This document shows positions 25,934 through 35,614 of a DNA stretch of 64,000 nt, piece by piece. This DNA is from Candidatus Pacearchaeota archaeon (GTDB lineage: Archaea > Nanobdellota > Nanobdellia > Pacearchaeales > GW2011-AR1). The DNA lies in the NCBI GenBank assembly GCA_002688415.1, contig NZCX01000021.1, positions 6,660 to 70,659 of the forward strand, written 5' to 3'. Within the stretch, counting starts at the first letter, position 1, and each line of letters starts with the position of its first letter. The position numbers and the translations under genes are program-made. The notes below the pieces were generated by a model. That model saw nothing but the letters and a program-made list of their open reading frames with translations. It did no database searches and was not told the DNA's origin.

Positions 25934-26470
25934 TTATGAAATAAATAAGTTATATCTCTGCATCGTCGTCAATTCTTCCAATATTCTTTTCTCAACGCCC
26001 CTTATAGGGTCCGGAATATTCGAAACACGATTCTTAATGTCTTCCACGCTTTCAAATGGTTTTTCTTCTCTTGCAGCCAAAATAGCCGTAGTGTGTTTTT
26101 TACCAAAGCCTGGGAGTAATTCAATCTGGTGAAGTCGGGTATTTATAGGTTGTGATTCATTAAAGAACTTAATTACCTTTTCAGAATCTTCGGCCATCTT
26201 CTTCTCAACAAATTCTTCCAATTGGATTTTTGAAGTTTCAGTTAACTTTTCACGAGGGCATCTACCTAAAATATATTGAACCTTGTCTCGCTTATCTTCT
26301 CCGATATAGACTTCCTCTCCAACTTCAAACTTAATTCCTCTTCGGGGAACAAGCAATAGGAGAGTAAAATTTTCCTTACCAATAGACTGAGCCACTGGAA
26401 GCATTTTCTTTTCTAAAGGATCTCCGTAAGGAAGGAAGTCTAATATTAGTGCGTTTTCTTCTCTTGCCAT
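25934..26470 (-). CDS. DUF655 putative RNA-binding protein
   Basis: ILDFLPYG, F.LL.L, RLHQIELLPGFGKKH; typical position after rpoF. Confidence 0.9.
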   Translation of the reverse strand: MAREENALILDFLPYGDPLEKKMLPVAQSIGKENFTLLLLVPRRGIKFEVGEEVYIGEDKRDKVQYILGRCPREKLTETSKIQLEEFVEKKMAEDSEKVIKFFNESQPINTRLHQIELLPGFGKKHTTAILAAREEKPFESVEDIKNRVSNIPDPIRGVEKRILEELTTMQRYNLFIS

Positions 26471-26478
26471 TTTCTAAA

Positions 26479-26781
26479 CTAATAATTTTGTGTGACATTG
26501 AGTATCTTAGTAACTTCTTCAGAATCTAATGAGACATCACTCAAAATTTTATTTAGTTCGCTCGCCTCTTTAGGAACAAAGTCAATTATCTTAACAATGT
26601 GAGATTCCTTTAATTTTAAAAGTTTAAGCTCTACAAGTTCTTCTTTTAGTTTCTTCGCTTTCTCAAACGGGAGAACATCAAAATTCTTAATAAAGTCCTT
26701 TATCTTCTCAGCTTTTTCATTGTCTCCGACAATAGAGTTAACTTCAGCCATACATATAGGTTTTTCTTCTTGTATTACCAT
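26479..26781 (-). CDS. rpoF: RNA polymerase subunit F (Rpo4)
   Basis: HRDC-like KIIDFVP...EL..IL motif; synteny L21e-RpoF-DUF655. Confidence 0.85.
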   Translation of the reverse strand: MVIQEEKPICMAEVNSIVGDNEKAEKIKDFIKNFDVLPFEKAKKLKEELVELKLLKLKESHIVKIIDFVPKEASELNKILSDVSLDSEEVTKILNVTQNY

Positions 26782-26782
26782 T

Positions 26783-27031
26783 TTAAACTTTCTTTAAATG
26801 AACTGGATGAATTATAAATGTTTTCATCTTGTCCTTATCTTTTATTTCAACAATCTTAAAATTTCCTCGGGTGCCAGTAACCTTTCCAACCAATCCCTGT
26901 ATTCTACTTGGGAATGCAGCCCTAACGCCTTTCTCTGCGACAATAGCTACACGGTCACCATCTGATAAATTCTTAAAGTATTCACTAAGTCTAATCTTTC
27001 CTCTCTGTCTGACTGGTTTTTTCTTTCCCAT
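26783..27031 (-). CDS. rpl21e: 50S ribosomal protein L21e
   Basis: GDRVAI, QGLVGKV.G.RG, HPVHLK. Start at MGKKK. Confidence 0.93.
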   Translation of the reverse strand: MGKKKPVRQRGKIRLSEYFKNLSDGDRVAIVAEKGVRAAFPSRIQGLVGKVTGTRGNFKIVEIKDKDKMKTFIIHPVHLKKV

Positions 27032-27150
27032 TTTTTTAAAATAACAACAAGAATCATTCTCGCTGTCGATGATCACAACTCGGACAGATAAACTATCCTA
27101 TTAGATTTAGAAAATGACCCTTTAAAAATCTTTTCACTCCAGATAAGCAA

Positions 27151-27447
27151 CTAAATCTCTGTAAAACTCTGTGGAGGAAGCTCGCTAAGCTTTAAGCCTT
27201 CGAGGCTTTCACTATCTTCCCTGGGAATTTCGGTCTCAAATTCCATTGATTCCTCGGCGGGGATAGGCTCTTCACCTTCCCCAACCATACCAAGTTCCAG
27301 GTTGCCATTGCCTCTTTCCTTCTCCATATTGTCAACAATAGCATTAGCCATCTTCTCGCCCCAAACCTGATACATACATTTTTTACAAATGTCTACAACA
27401 GAGCCTTGATCGATCCCAGTAGAACAATAAATACAGTTTTTCACCAT
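27151..27447 (-). CDS. Hypothetical Zn-binding protein with acidic tail
   Basis: CIYC...CKKC followed by VWGEKM and an acidic C-terminus. Confidence 0.7.
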   Translation of the reverse strand: MVKNCIYCSTGIDQGSVVDICKKCMYQVWGEKMANAIVDNMEKERGNGNLELGMVGEGEEPIPAEESMEFETEIPREDSESLEGLKLSELPPQSFTEI

Positions 27448-27545
27448 CTTCTACATTTCCTGACAATATCACTTTTTAAATATTTGTGAGATTAAGAATA
27501 CGCTTTCGGCAAAACCATTAAAAACCTACATTCCTAGGAGATATT

Positions 27546-28226
27546 ATGCAAGAAAAATGGGTAATTAGTCTTGGGGGCAGTAGGATTGTTCAAGACGAGG
27601 TAGATTTAGAATTCCTCAAAGAATTCAGGAAGCTAATAAGTTCACACCCTTCAAAAAAATTTGTAGTTGTGACAGGCGGCGGAAAAACAGTAAGAACTTA
27701 TGTAAAAGCTATGCGAAAACTAGGCAAAACAACAAAACAACAATCAAAAGTAGGAATTGCTATAACAAGATTCCATGCGATATACCTAATGAAGCTTTTC
27801 GGGGAAAGTGCAAACTCAATTCTACCTAAGACCATGAAAAAAGTTGAGTCACAATTAAGGAAAAATCATGTAGTTTTTACAGGGGCACTTCGTTATGGGC
27901 CAAAACAAACAACGGATAGCGTCGGTGCAAAGTTGGCAAGTCACCTAGGGTGTTCTTTTATAAATCTTACAAATGTAAAGGGGCTTTATACTGCGAACCC
28001 AAAGACAAACAAGAATGCAAAATTCATTAAAAATATTTCATGGAAAGATTTCAACGGAAGAGCTCAAAAAATCAAGTATTCTGCGGGCCAACATTTTGTA
28101 CTAGATCAAACGGCGGCAAAAGTCATCCTTAAGAATAAAGTTACCACATATATTGTCGGATCCCTAAGAGAATTAGACAAAATAATTCGTAAGAAAAGCT
28201 TCAAGGGAACACTTATCAAAGGGTAA
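27546..28226 (+). CDS. pyrH: UMP kinase (archaeal type)
   Basis: ISLGGS, VVTGGG, TTD, NLTNVKGLY..NP, GQHFVLD. Confidence 0.92.
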   Translation: MQEKWVISLGGSRIVQDEVDLEFLKEFRKLISSHPSKKFVVVTGGGKTVRTYVKAMRKLGKTTKQQSKVGIAITRFHAIYLMKLFGESANSILPKTMKKVESQLRKNHVVFTGALRYGPKQTTDSVGAKLASHLGCSFINLTNVKGLYTANPKTNKNAKFIKNISWKDFNGRAQKIKYSAGQHFVLDQTAAKVILKNKVTTYIVGSLRELDKIIRKKSFKGTLIKG

Positions 28227-28268
28227 AACCCAAAAGCTTAAAACCATTTCTCAGGTTAGTTTAACATT

Positions 28269-28349
28269 GCCCACATCGCATAATGGTATTGCACTGGTCT
28301 TGAAAACCAGACCCCTCGGGGTACCCAGGTTCGATTCCTGGTGTGGGCG
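28269..28349 (+). tRNA. tRNA-Ser, anticodon TGA
   Basis: GCCCACA/TGTGGGC acceptor stem, CTGGT-CTTGAAA-ACCAG anticodon arm, long variable arm, TTCGATT T loop, discriminator G. Confidence 0.95.
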
Positions 28350-28351
28350 TT

Positions 28352-29830
28352 CTACCCAAACTCAAAAACCTTTTCTTCCCAGAAATAATTCAATCCCTGC
28401 GCCAATTTCTCCTTACTATTAGAATATAATGTGACAACTTTCTCACCTTTTTTCATTCGACCTTTCTTCTTATGCAGATAGACCCCAGCCCCCTTATCGT
28501 CGGGAGATCCTAAAATCCTACCAAGCGTATTAATCTTTTTATTGTCCAGCCTTTTTAATTTTCCGCCAGACCATCCAACAATAACCTTCTCGTATTTTCC
28601 TTCGACAAGAGCGGAGATCCTCTTATCAAAATCCTCCTTTCCGTTTTGAGCATTTATAATATCCTTAAACTTCTCATAAGCAAGCCCATCTTTCAACGCC
28701 TTCTTAACCTTCTTCCCAGCTCCAGAAACACCATTAAGTTCCAATAGTGCAGTGGATAAAACAATAGCTTTTCTTTTCAAGTCTTTCGGGGCATCTTTTT
28801 CATTATTCAAAACCCTCAAAACGTCTTTCATCTCAAGAACAGGGCCGATCCCTCTTCCAATTGGCATACTCCCATTAGTTAAGACAACGCGAACATTCAA
28901 CCCGAATCTCTTGCCAACATGAGTAAATAATCTCTTTAATGCCTTAGCCTCTTTCTTCGTTCCAATTTTAGAGCCAGGGCCATAGGGCACATCAATTAAA
29001 ACGTTTTTAGACCCCATTGAAATTTTTTTAGACATAACAGAAGCAACAAGCTGAGATGGAATATCCAAACGAAGTAACTTCTCGACTCTAATTATTTCGC
29101 CATCTGAAGGAGACATCTTTATCTTTGAGTTCCAAATCATACATCCACCTTCTTTTTGGACAATTCTCTTCAAATCTTTTAGCTCAAGTTGGATCTTGGT
29201 TATAGTTTCCATAACATCCGCGGTTCCTGCGGCAGAGGTGATAGCTCTAGATGACGTCTTTGGCAAGGCAAGTCCCAAAGAGGCGCAAATTGGAACCACT
29301 AAGGGGGTGGTTCTATTCCCAGCCACACCACCAATAGAATGCTTATCGCTAATAACCTTTCTGCCAAAGCTAATTTTTTCTCCGGTGTCTATCATTGCCT
29401 TAGTTAGATAGTAAATCTCATTGTCATCCATACCATTAAGCTTCTGTCCCGAAATGAAGTAGGCAATCTCAGCTTCAGTCATATTGTGCTTCGTAATATC
29501 TTCAATAATTACTTTCATTTCTTCTTGATTTAGCTTTTCACCTTCAAATTTTTTCAAAATATATTTCTCAGATTTTCTTGGAGGGAGAATTGTAACATCA
29601 ATAGTGTCTCTAGCCTTTGTCTCAAGAGCCTTGCTAACCTCCTTTGATAAGCCGATAACACAATCACCTATCATACCTTCTGTGATATCAACAATAGCAG
29701 TAACGGTTTTTTTCTTTTTCAAAAGAACTCTATTCCCAACAAAAACTCCAAGTTTTTTTGCAGCCTTGATGTCAAGAAAGATAATTGGTTTCCCCGTAGA
29801 CCATTTAAGGTTCCTTACCTTTAGCTTCAT
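28352..29830 (-). CDS. deoA: AMP phosphorylase (thymidine phosphorylase family, archaeal)
   Basis: N-terminal extra domain, DKHSIGGVAGNRTT, KTSSRAITSAAGTAD, PIGRGIGPVLE. Confidence 0.92.
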   Translation of the reverse strand: MKLKVRNLKWSTGKPIIFLDIKAAKKLGVFVGNRVLLKKKKTVTAIVDITEGMIGDCVIGLSKEVSKALETKARDTIDVTILPPRKSEKYILKKFEGEKLNQEEMKVIIEDITKHNMTEAEIAYFISGQKLNGMDDNEIYYLTKAMIDTGEKISFGRKVISDKHSIGGVAGNRTTPLVVPICASLGLALPKTSSRAITSAAGTADVMETITKIQLELKDLKRIVQKEGGCMIWNSKIKMSPSDGEIIRVEKLLRLDIPSQLVASVMSKKISMGSKNVLIDVPYGPGSKIGTKKEAKALKRLFTHVGKRFGLNVRVVLTNGSMPIGRGIGPVLEMKDVLRVLNNEKDAPKDLKRKAIVLSTALLELNGVSGAGKKVKKALKDGLAYEKFKDIINAQNGKEDFDKRISALVEGKYEKVIVGWSGGKLKRLDNKKINTLGRILGSPDDKGAGVYLHKKKGRMKKGEKVVTLYSNSKEKLAQGLNYFWEEKVFEFG

Positions 29831-30858
29831 TATTTTCTAGATAATTCGTTTAGTTTTCCCTTCTGGTAGAAATCAAGAACGATAAGAGCGTAAGCCAAGA
29901 TAAGAGGACCAAGGATTAAACCAAGTATTCCAAGGAAGTATAAACCACCAATCGTCCCAATCAAGCTCACGCCAAGAGGGAGGTCAGAAGATTTAGACAG
30001 CAAATAAGGCCTAATAAAATTATCCAGACTAGAAACAAAAACTCCACCATAGAAGAATAGGATTAAAGCAGACGTAATATCTCCGCTCAGCATAAGAATG
30101 ATAACCGTAGGGAACCAAACAAGCCAAGCACCAAGGACTGGGATTATAGAGACCAACATTGTTAAAACAGTTAGTGTTAAAACGTTTGAAACTCCCAAGA
30201 GCCACAGACCGATACCCAAAGCTAAACCTTGAACAGCCCCGATAAGAACCTGCCCAAGCATAATAGAATTAGTTATCCCCCTAAATTCTCTTTCAAACTT
30301 CTTTTCTGTTGCTTGAGAAAAAGGTGAGATTCGGGAAATATATTTCCCTATTTTCTCAGAATCTCTTATCGCAAAGAAAAATGTAAAAAAGAAAACAACA
30401 AGTTTCAATACAAGGTCAGGAATGTTAACAAGTATTCCAACAAACTGATTCATAAACTTTGTAACAACACTTCCAATCGCTGTATTAATCTGATATCCAG
30501 CCTTTGTGGCGATTTCCTCTTCTAAAAAGGAAGGAAGCCACGCACTAACCAGACTACCGAAATCAACACTCTGAAGATTGACATAAAGATCAAAAACTTG
30601 CCTAATAAGGAGTGGTGTAAAATACACTATTGGTACGGCAATAACGAGAGCAACAAGTAGCATCAAGATTATCGCAGAGAGATTTGGCATCTTAACACGT
30701 TTGTAGATCTTAACATAGAGTGGTCGGAATACATATGCGAGTAAAAAAGCAAAGATAATTGGTATAAAAATAGGCTGTAAAACTAAGAAGGCAAGCAAAA
30801 AGATACCAAGGATAACAACAATTACAAATAATCGATTAAGATTTATACCATCTCCCAT
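29830..30858 (-). CDS. AI-2E family transporter
   Basis: LAYVFRP, IPVLGAWLVWFP, DNFIRP, GG...G..GLILGP. Confidence 0.92.
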   Translation of the reverse strand: MGDGINLNRLFVIVVILGIFLLAFLVLQPIFIPIIFAFLLAYVFRPLYVKIYKRVKMPNLSAIILMLLVALVIAVPIVYFTPLLIRQVFDLYVNLQSVDFGSLVSAWLPSFLEEEIATKAGYQINTAIGSVVTKFMNQFVGILVNIPDLVLKLVVFFFTFFFAIRDSEKIGKYISRISPFSQATEKKFEREFRGITNSIMLGQVLIGAVQGLALGIGLWLLGVSNVLTLTVLTMLVSIIPVLGAWLVWFPTVIILMLSGDITSALILFFYGGVFVSSLDNFIRPYLLSKSSDLPLGVSLIGTIGGLYFLGILGLILGPLILAYALIVLDFYQKGKLNELSRK

Positions 30859-30934
30859 TCAGAATAAAGGCTTACCTCATTTATAAAGTTGACGAAGAGC
30901 AAAACTTATAAAGAGATTTTATTAAGGAAATACA

Positions 30935-31639
30935 ATGGTTATGAAAAAGATTTTTGAGGGAATTTCCGATGAAGAGATTCACAATGATTTTATGAAGTTT
31001 TCTAGAGGAGAATTTAAGAATAAGTATTTAGTAGAGGCAAAAAAGCAGGCTAGTAAAACAGCGATTAAAACTTCTGCTGAATTTACAAATAGCATTGAAA
31101 AAGTTTGCTTAAAAAACCTTAAAGGACCAACGCAGCTAAGGGGGGTAATTGTTTCAACTATGGATTTGTCTGAAGAATTAGGCTTGCCTATTATCAAAAA
31201 AAGTAATTTTCAAGGCGTCAGGAAGTTGCAAATAGATACAGAAGTTGAGCCACAGAAGATTTTAGATTTAATGGAAAAATATCCAAAGGTTTTCTTTGCT
31301 TTAAGTTTCAAAACTGATGAGATTGAATTAAAGGTAAAGCCAAAAGCCCCAAAATCTGGGAAGCCTGGGAAAAATAACGAAGAAGGGCCAAAAGTTGACT
31401 TTTGCACGCTAAAGACGAATAATTCTGAAATTATTAATGAGATTTTGTTTGATGTTTCAGATTTCAAAGAGTTGAAGATAAATCACACTATCAATATAAC
31501 AGATATTGTTTACCCAGACAACATGGAAGAACTTTCTCCAAAGGAAGTTAGAAAACAAGCCAAGAGAAAGGGAGTTGTTGTTAGGAATGCTGTTGTTGAT
31601 GGAGCAAATAAGGTTTCTGAGAAAGAGTTTGTAGCTTAG
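30935..31639 (+). CDS. Conserved hypothetical protein
   Basis: 234-aa ORF with upstream TTATAAA; FMKFSRGEF and PKSGKPG motifs; no family recognised. Confidence 0.75.
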   Translation: MVMKKIFEGISDEEIHNDFMKFSRGEFKNKYLVEAKKQASKTAIKTSAEFTNSIEKVCLKNLKGPTQLRGVIVSTMDLSEELGLPIIKKSNFQGVRKLQIDTEVEPQKILDLMEKYPKVFFALSFKTDEIELKVKPKAPKSGKPGKNNEEGPKVDFCTLKTNNSEIINEILFDVSDFKELKINHTINITDIVYPDNMEELSPKEVRKQAKRKGVVVRNAVVDGANKVSEKEFVA

Positions 31640-31679
31640 GATCCAAAACACTTATAAACCCAAATCTCCCCAGAATTCT

Positions 31680-31803
31680 GTAGATGAGTTCAAAACTTAA
31701 CTGTTTGAACTTGGTAATTTTGGCTTTGGTTGAAGCTTAGATTCAAACGCAGCGTGATAACTGCTAAAGGATCAGACTATTAAATTAGTCGGAAGTACAA
31801 AAC
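31680..31803 (+). promoter_or_regulatory. Candidate structured 5' leader of the L3 ribosomal superoperon
   Basis: TTATAAA at ~31652. Hairpins GAGTTCAAA/TTTGAACTT, CTTTGG/CTAAAG enclosing TTGAA/TTCAA and GCAG/CTGC, and GACTA/TAGTC. Confidence 0.5.
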
Positions 31804-32748
31804 ATGACAGACAACAACGGAATTAGATCAGGAAGCCTGCAATTCTATCCAAGAGTGAGGGCAAAGAAAGTTATCCCTAGTGTTAACTGGAGACCTATAA
31901 AGAAAGAAGGACAAGGAGTTCAAGGTTTTATAGGATATAAAGTTGGAATGGCATCTATTTTCGCAAAAGACAACACTGAAGATTCATTAACAAAAGGAAA
32001 ACGAATTACAATCCCAGTAACAATATTAGAATGCCCAAAAATGAAAATTTATTCTATCAGATTCTACAAAGACAAAAAAGCAAAAAAAGATTTGGTGATA
32101 TCAAACGACAAACTTCTAAAAAAGACATTAAAAACAACAAAAAACCTAAAACAATTGGCAGAAGAAACAGATTTCAACGATGTCCATGTTATAGTATATT
32201 CATTAGTTTCAACAACAGCAATTGGAAAGAAAAAGCCAGACATGATTGAATTAGCTTTATCCGGATCAAATGAGGAAAAACTAGCATGGATCAAAGAAAA
32301 TTCAACAAAAGAGATATCCATCAAAGATGTTTTTGAGAAAGGCTTGGTAGACATTAGAGCAGTAACAAAGGGTTACGGCTCTCAGGGACCTGTAAAAAGA
32401 TTTGGAATCTCATTAAAAGTTTCTAAAGCAGAAAAAGGTCAAAGAAGACCGGGTTCATTAGCTCCTTGGCATCCGGCAAGAGTAACTTTCAGAGCTCCAC
32501 AGATGGGCCAAACAGGATTTCATAACAGGGTATCATATAACAACTTAATTATAGAAACAGGAGACATAAAAGAAAAAGATATCAATCCATCAGAAGGATT
32601 CCACAGATACGGAAAGATAAAGACAGATTTCATAATTTTAGCAGGATCAATTCCAGGACCAAAGAAAAGAGGAATTGTATTAACAAGCCCACTTAGACCA
32701 ACAAAGAAACAACTAAAAAGAAGTTATGAGGTTCTTGAATTAAGATGA
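31804..32748 (+). CDS. rpl3: 50S ribosomal protein L3 (uL3)
   Basis: GSLQFYPR, GYKVGM, TKGYGSQGPVKRFG, GQTGFHNR. Confidence 0.97.
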   Translation: MTDNNGIRSGSLQFYPRVRAKKVIPSVNWRPIKKEGQGVQGFIGYKVGMASIFAKDNTEDSLTKGKRITIPVTILECPKMKIYSIRFYKDKKAKKDLVISNDKLLKKTLKTTKNLKQLAEETDFNDVHVIVYSLVSTTAIGKKKPDMIELALSGSNEEKLAWIKENSTKEISIKDVFEKGLVDIRAVTKGYGSQGPVKRFGISLKVSKAEKGQRRPGSLAPWHPARVTFRAPQMGQTGFHNRVSYNNLIIETGDIKEKDINPSEGFHRYGKIKTDFIILAGSIPGPKKRGIVLTSPLRPTKKQLKRSYEVLELR

Positions 32749-33530
32749 AAACAAAAATAATCGACAAGGCAGGAAAAGCAGGAAAAGAAATAGACTTACC
32801 TAAAAGTTTTTCTAAAAAAATAAGAACAGATATTTTGGCAAAAGTATTCGAGGCACAAAAAATGATCCAAGCACAACCATATGGTGCTATGAAAGGCGCA
32901 GGCGCAGGATATTCAGCTTCAGGTATTCTAAAACACAAAAGACACGATTGGAAATCCTCATATAATAAAGGTATCTCAAGAATTCCAAGAAAAATTATGT
33001 CTAGAAATGGAGCATCTTTCAATTGGATCGGAGCAACTGTTTCAAGCACAAGAGGGGGAAGAAGACCACACGCACCAAGACCAGAAAAGAACGTTTTCTT
33101 AAAAATCAACAAAAAAGAATTAAGATTGGCATTAGAATCTGCATTAACAGGAACAGTAGATAAAAAATCATTAACAAAGAAATACAATAAAGAAGTTGAA
33201 TCAGGAAAAGTTTTTGTCTCAGCTGTTTTAGATCTAAAAACAAAAGACTTCTTAAAATTACTTCAAAAAGTTTTAGGAGAAACATTCGCAATTGCATTAA
33301 AAAAGAAAAAGGTAAGATCGGGAATAGGAAAACTAAGAGGAAGAAAATACAAAAGGTCAGCAGGATTATTGTTCGTTATAGGAAAAGATGAATCCATGAA
33401 GAGAAAAGGAATTGAGGTAGTATCAGTTCCGGAATTGAAAATCTCAGATCTTGCACCGAATGGAGAACCAGGAAGAATCACATGTTATACAGAATCAGCA
33501 ATTAAAGAAATAGAGGAACAATTAAAATAA
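32745..33530 (+). CDS. rpl4: 50S ribosomal protein L4 (uL4)
   Basis: RGGRRPHAP, KINKKE, GKLRGRKYK, LAPNGEPGR. Confidence 0.97.
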   Translation: MKTKIIDKAGKAGKEIDLPKSFSKKIRTDILAKVFEAQKMIQAQPYGAMKGAGAGYSASGILKHKRHDWKSSYNKGISRIPRKIMSRNGASFNWIGATVSSTRGGRRPHAPRPEKNVFLKINKKELRLALESALTGTVDKKSLTKKYNKEVESGKVFVSAVLDLKTKDFLKLLQKVLGETFAIALKKKKVRSGIGKLRGRKYKRSAGLLFVIGKDESMKRKGIEVVSVPELKISDLAPNGEPGRITCYTESAIKEIEEQLK

Positions 33531-33531
33531 G

Positions 33532-33789
33532 ATGGAATCAAAAATAATCTTAGAAAAAATAAAAGCAACAGAAAAAATAGTAAGACAGATAGAAGTAGAT
33601 AACATTGTTGTCTTTGTGGTAGATAGAGCAGTAAATAAACTACAAATAAAAAAAGAAGTAGAAGATCTATTCAATGTTAAAGTTGCTAGTGTTCGGACAT
33701 CAACACAAAAGAACAAAAAGCAAGCATATGTAAAATTAAAACCAGAGTTTAGTGCAGGAGATCTTGCAACTAAGCTAGGAGTATTATAA
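33532..33789 (+). CDS. rpl23: 50S ribosomal protein L23 (uL23)
   Basis: TEK, VFVVD..NKLQIK..VE.LF, K.AYVKL. Confidence 0.96.
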   Translation: MESKIILEKIKATEKIVRQIEVDNIVVFVVDRAVNKLQIKKEVEDLFNVKVASVRTSTQKNKKQAYVKLKPEFSAGDLATKLGVL

Positions 33790-33791
33790 AG

Positions 33792-33959
33792 ATGGACAGA
33801 GTTTACCAAAGCAACAAAGAAACTGGCGAAACTACAGGGCATAGGACGGCATGGGAAGGACAGTATGAAGATAATGGCGTAAGAAGACCGGGCGAAACGA
33901 CAGAACTGGAAATTAAATATAGTACAGCAGGGATTTTCCCGGGGATTCCTTTAAATTAA
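33792..33959 (+). CDS. Orphan 55-aa ORF between L23 and L2
   Basis: Manual translation MDRVYQSNKETGETTGHRTAWEGQYEDNGVRRPGETTELEIKYSTAGIFPGIPLN. It fills the gap, starting 2 nt after the L23 stop and ending 1 nt before the L2 ATG. Confidence 0.6.
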   Translation: MDRVYQSNKETGETTGHRTAWEGQYEDNGVRRPGETTELEIKYSTAGIFPGIPLN

Positions 33960-33960
33960 T

Positions 33961-34659
33961 ATGGGAAAGAGAATTATACAGCAGCGTAGAGGGCATGGAA
34001 GTTTAACTTACAGAGTCAGGAAAAAAGCAGGACTAGTTAGGCCAGGATATTTAACAAAATTAGAAGGAGAGTTTAAAGTCATCAAGTTAATTTCCTCTCC
34101 AGGACATTCTGTTCCAATAGCAAAGATAGCAAATAAAGAAGGTAAGATATTCTATAATTTCGCAGCAAATTTACTTTATGTAGGACAAAAAATAACAATT
34201 GGTGGGTCTTCAGTTGGAGACATAGCCAAAGTAGGAGACCTAAAGAATGGAACGACAGTATTCAATATAGAGAATCACCAATTAGACGGTGGGAAATTCA
34301 TTAGGGCCGGTGGAGCGTCAGGAACAATAATGAACACAGAAGGCGACAAAGTAACAATCCTTATGCCATCAAAGAAAGTTAAAAAATTCAATAAGAACTG
34401 CAGGGCAACTGTTGGAAGAGCAGCTGGACACGGAAGGGTGGAAAAGCCAATCCTAAAAGCAGGAAGAAAGTTCTACATTATGAAAGCAAAATCAAAGTTA
34501 TGGCCAAGAACAAGCGCAGTTGCAATGAATAAGATTGATCACCCATTTGGTTCCGGTCGAGGAAAGAGAGTAAAGAGTAAGATTGCTAAAAGAAACGCTG
34601 CACCAGGTAAGAAAGTAGGACACTTAAGACCGAGAAGAACAGGGAGGAAGAAAAGATAA
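33961..34659 (+). CDS. rpl2: 50S ribosomal protein L2 (uL2)
   Basis: MGKRIIQQRRG, DGGKFIRAGG, AVAMNKIDHPFGSG. Confidence 0.97.
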   Translation: MGKRIIQQRRGHGSLTYRVRKKAGLVRPGYLTKLEGEFKVIKLISSPGHSVPIAKIANKEGKIFYNFAANLLYVGQKITIGGSSVGDIAKVGDLKNGTTVFNIENHQLDGGKFIRAGGASGTIMNTEGDKVTILMPSKKVKKFNKNCRATVGRAAGHGRVEKPILKAGRKFYIMKAKSKLWPRTSAVAMNKIDHPFGSGRGKRVKSKIAKRNAAPGKKVGHLRPRRTGRKKR

Positions 34660-35063
34660 TGGCAGAAGAATTAGTTAAAAAAGATAAAGGAAAGTTCTAT
34701 AGGGGAATTGAGCTTGAAGAACTTAAGGAAATGAATATTCGGGAATTCGCGAAGCTAGCGAAGGCAAGATCAAGAAGATCAATCTTAAGAAACAGTGAGG
34801 AAATTGAAAAGTTCGTCTCAAAGTGCGAAAAGAACACAGAAAGAAAGAAGCCAATAAAAACACATAATAGAGCGCTAGTAATTGTCCCAAAGATGGTTGG
34901 AAAGCTTATCCAGATTCACAATGGAAAAGATTTTGTGAAAGTAGAAATACAATCAGAAATGCTAGGTCACAGGTTGGGAGAATTTTCTCAAACAAGAAAG
35001 ATTGCAAAACATACTTCAGCAGGAATTGGAGCAACTAAATCAACCCAGGCATTAAAGAAATAA
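34659..35063 (+). CDS. rps19: 30S ribosomal protein S19 (uS19)
   Basis: IKTHNR, PKMVG, HNGK, MLGHRLGEFS.T. Confidence 0.97.
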   Translation: MAEELVKKDKGKFYRGIELEELKEMNIREFAKLAKARSRRSILRNSEEIEKFVSKCEKNTERKKPIKTHNRALVIVPKMVGKLIQIHNGKDFVKVEIQSEMLGHRLGEFSQTRKIAKHTSAGIGATKSTQALKK

Positions 35064-35064
35064 A

Positions 35065-35613
35065 ATGGTAGAAGAAACTAAAACAAAAGTAGAAGAAAAA
35101 AAGAAGCAAGAGAAAAAACCAGAAGTGAAGCCAGAAACTACAAAGCCAGAGACTAAAGATAAACCAAAAGAGTTCAAGAAAGAAACAAAAAAAGAAACTC
35201 CGAAAAAAGATAAGGTAACAGCTAGAGGAGTCTCATTAAAAATCTCGCCTAAACAATCTTTTGCAATTTGTAAAATGATTAGAGGAAAAGAGCCAGAAAA
35301 AGCAATAAAGATGTTGGAAAACGTAATCAAGAAAAAGCAACCAGTCAAAATGCCAAACAGAGAAGTTGCACATCAAAGGGGAAAGGGAATAGCAGGAGCA
35401 AAATTCCCAAAGAATGCAGCAGAAGCATTTATTCCAGTAGTGGGACAATTAAAGGCTAACGCACAAGCATTAGGAGTAGAAAATCCAATCATATCAATTG
35501 CAATGGCAAACAAGGCAGGAAAAGTTTTCAGAAAGGGCGGAAAGCAAGCAAAAAGGACACATCTTTATCTTGAAGCAATCAGCAAAACTAAATTAGCAGA
35601 AAAGAAAAAATAA
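35065..35613 (+). CDS. rpl22: 50S ribosomal protein L22 (uL22) with K/E-rich N-terminal extension
   Basis: ISPKQSFAICKMIRG, FPKNAA, NA, THL. Confidence 0.93.
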   Translation: MVEETKTKVEEKKKQEKKPEVKPETTKPETKDKPKEFKKETKKETPKKDKVTARGVSLKISPKQSFAICKMIRGKEPEKAIKMLENVIKKKQPVKMPNREVAHQRGKGIAGAKFPKNAAEAFIPVVGQLKANAQALGVENPIISIAMANKAGKVFRKGGKQAKRTHLYLEAISKTKLAEKKK

Positions 35614-35614
35614 A

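Noticed and set aside
28269..28349. Selenocysteine or suppressor tRNA
   Set aside because: The anticodon is TGA (reads UCA, Ser), not TCA, and the acceptor stem is a normal 7 bp.
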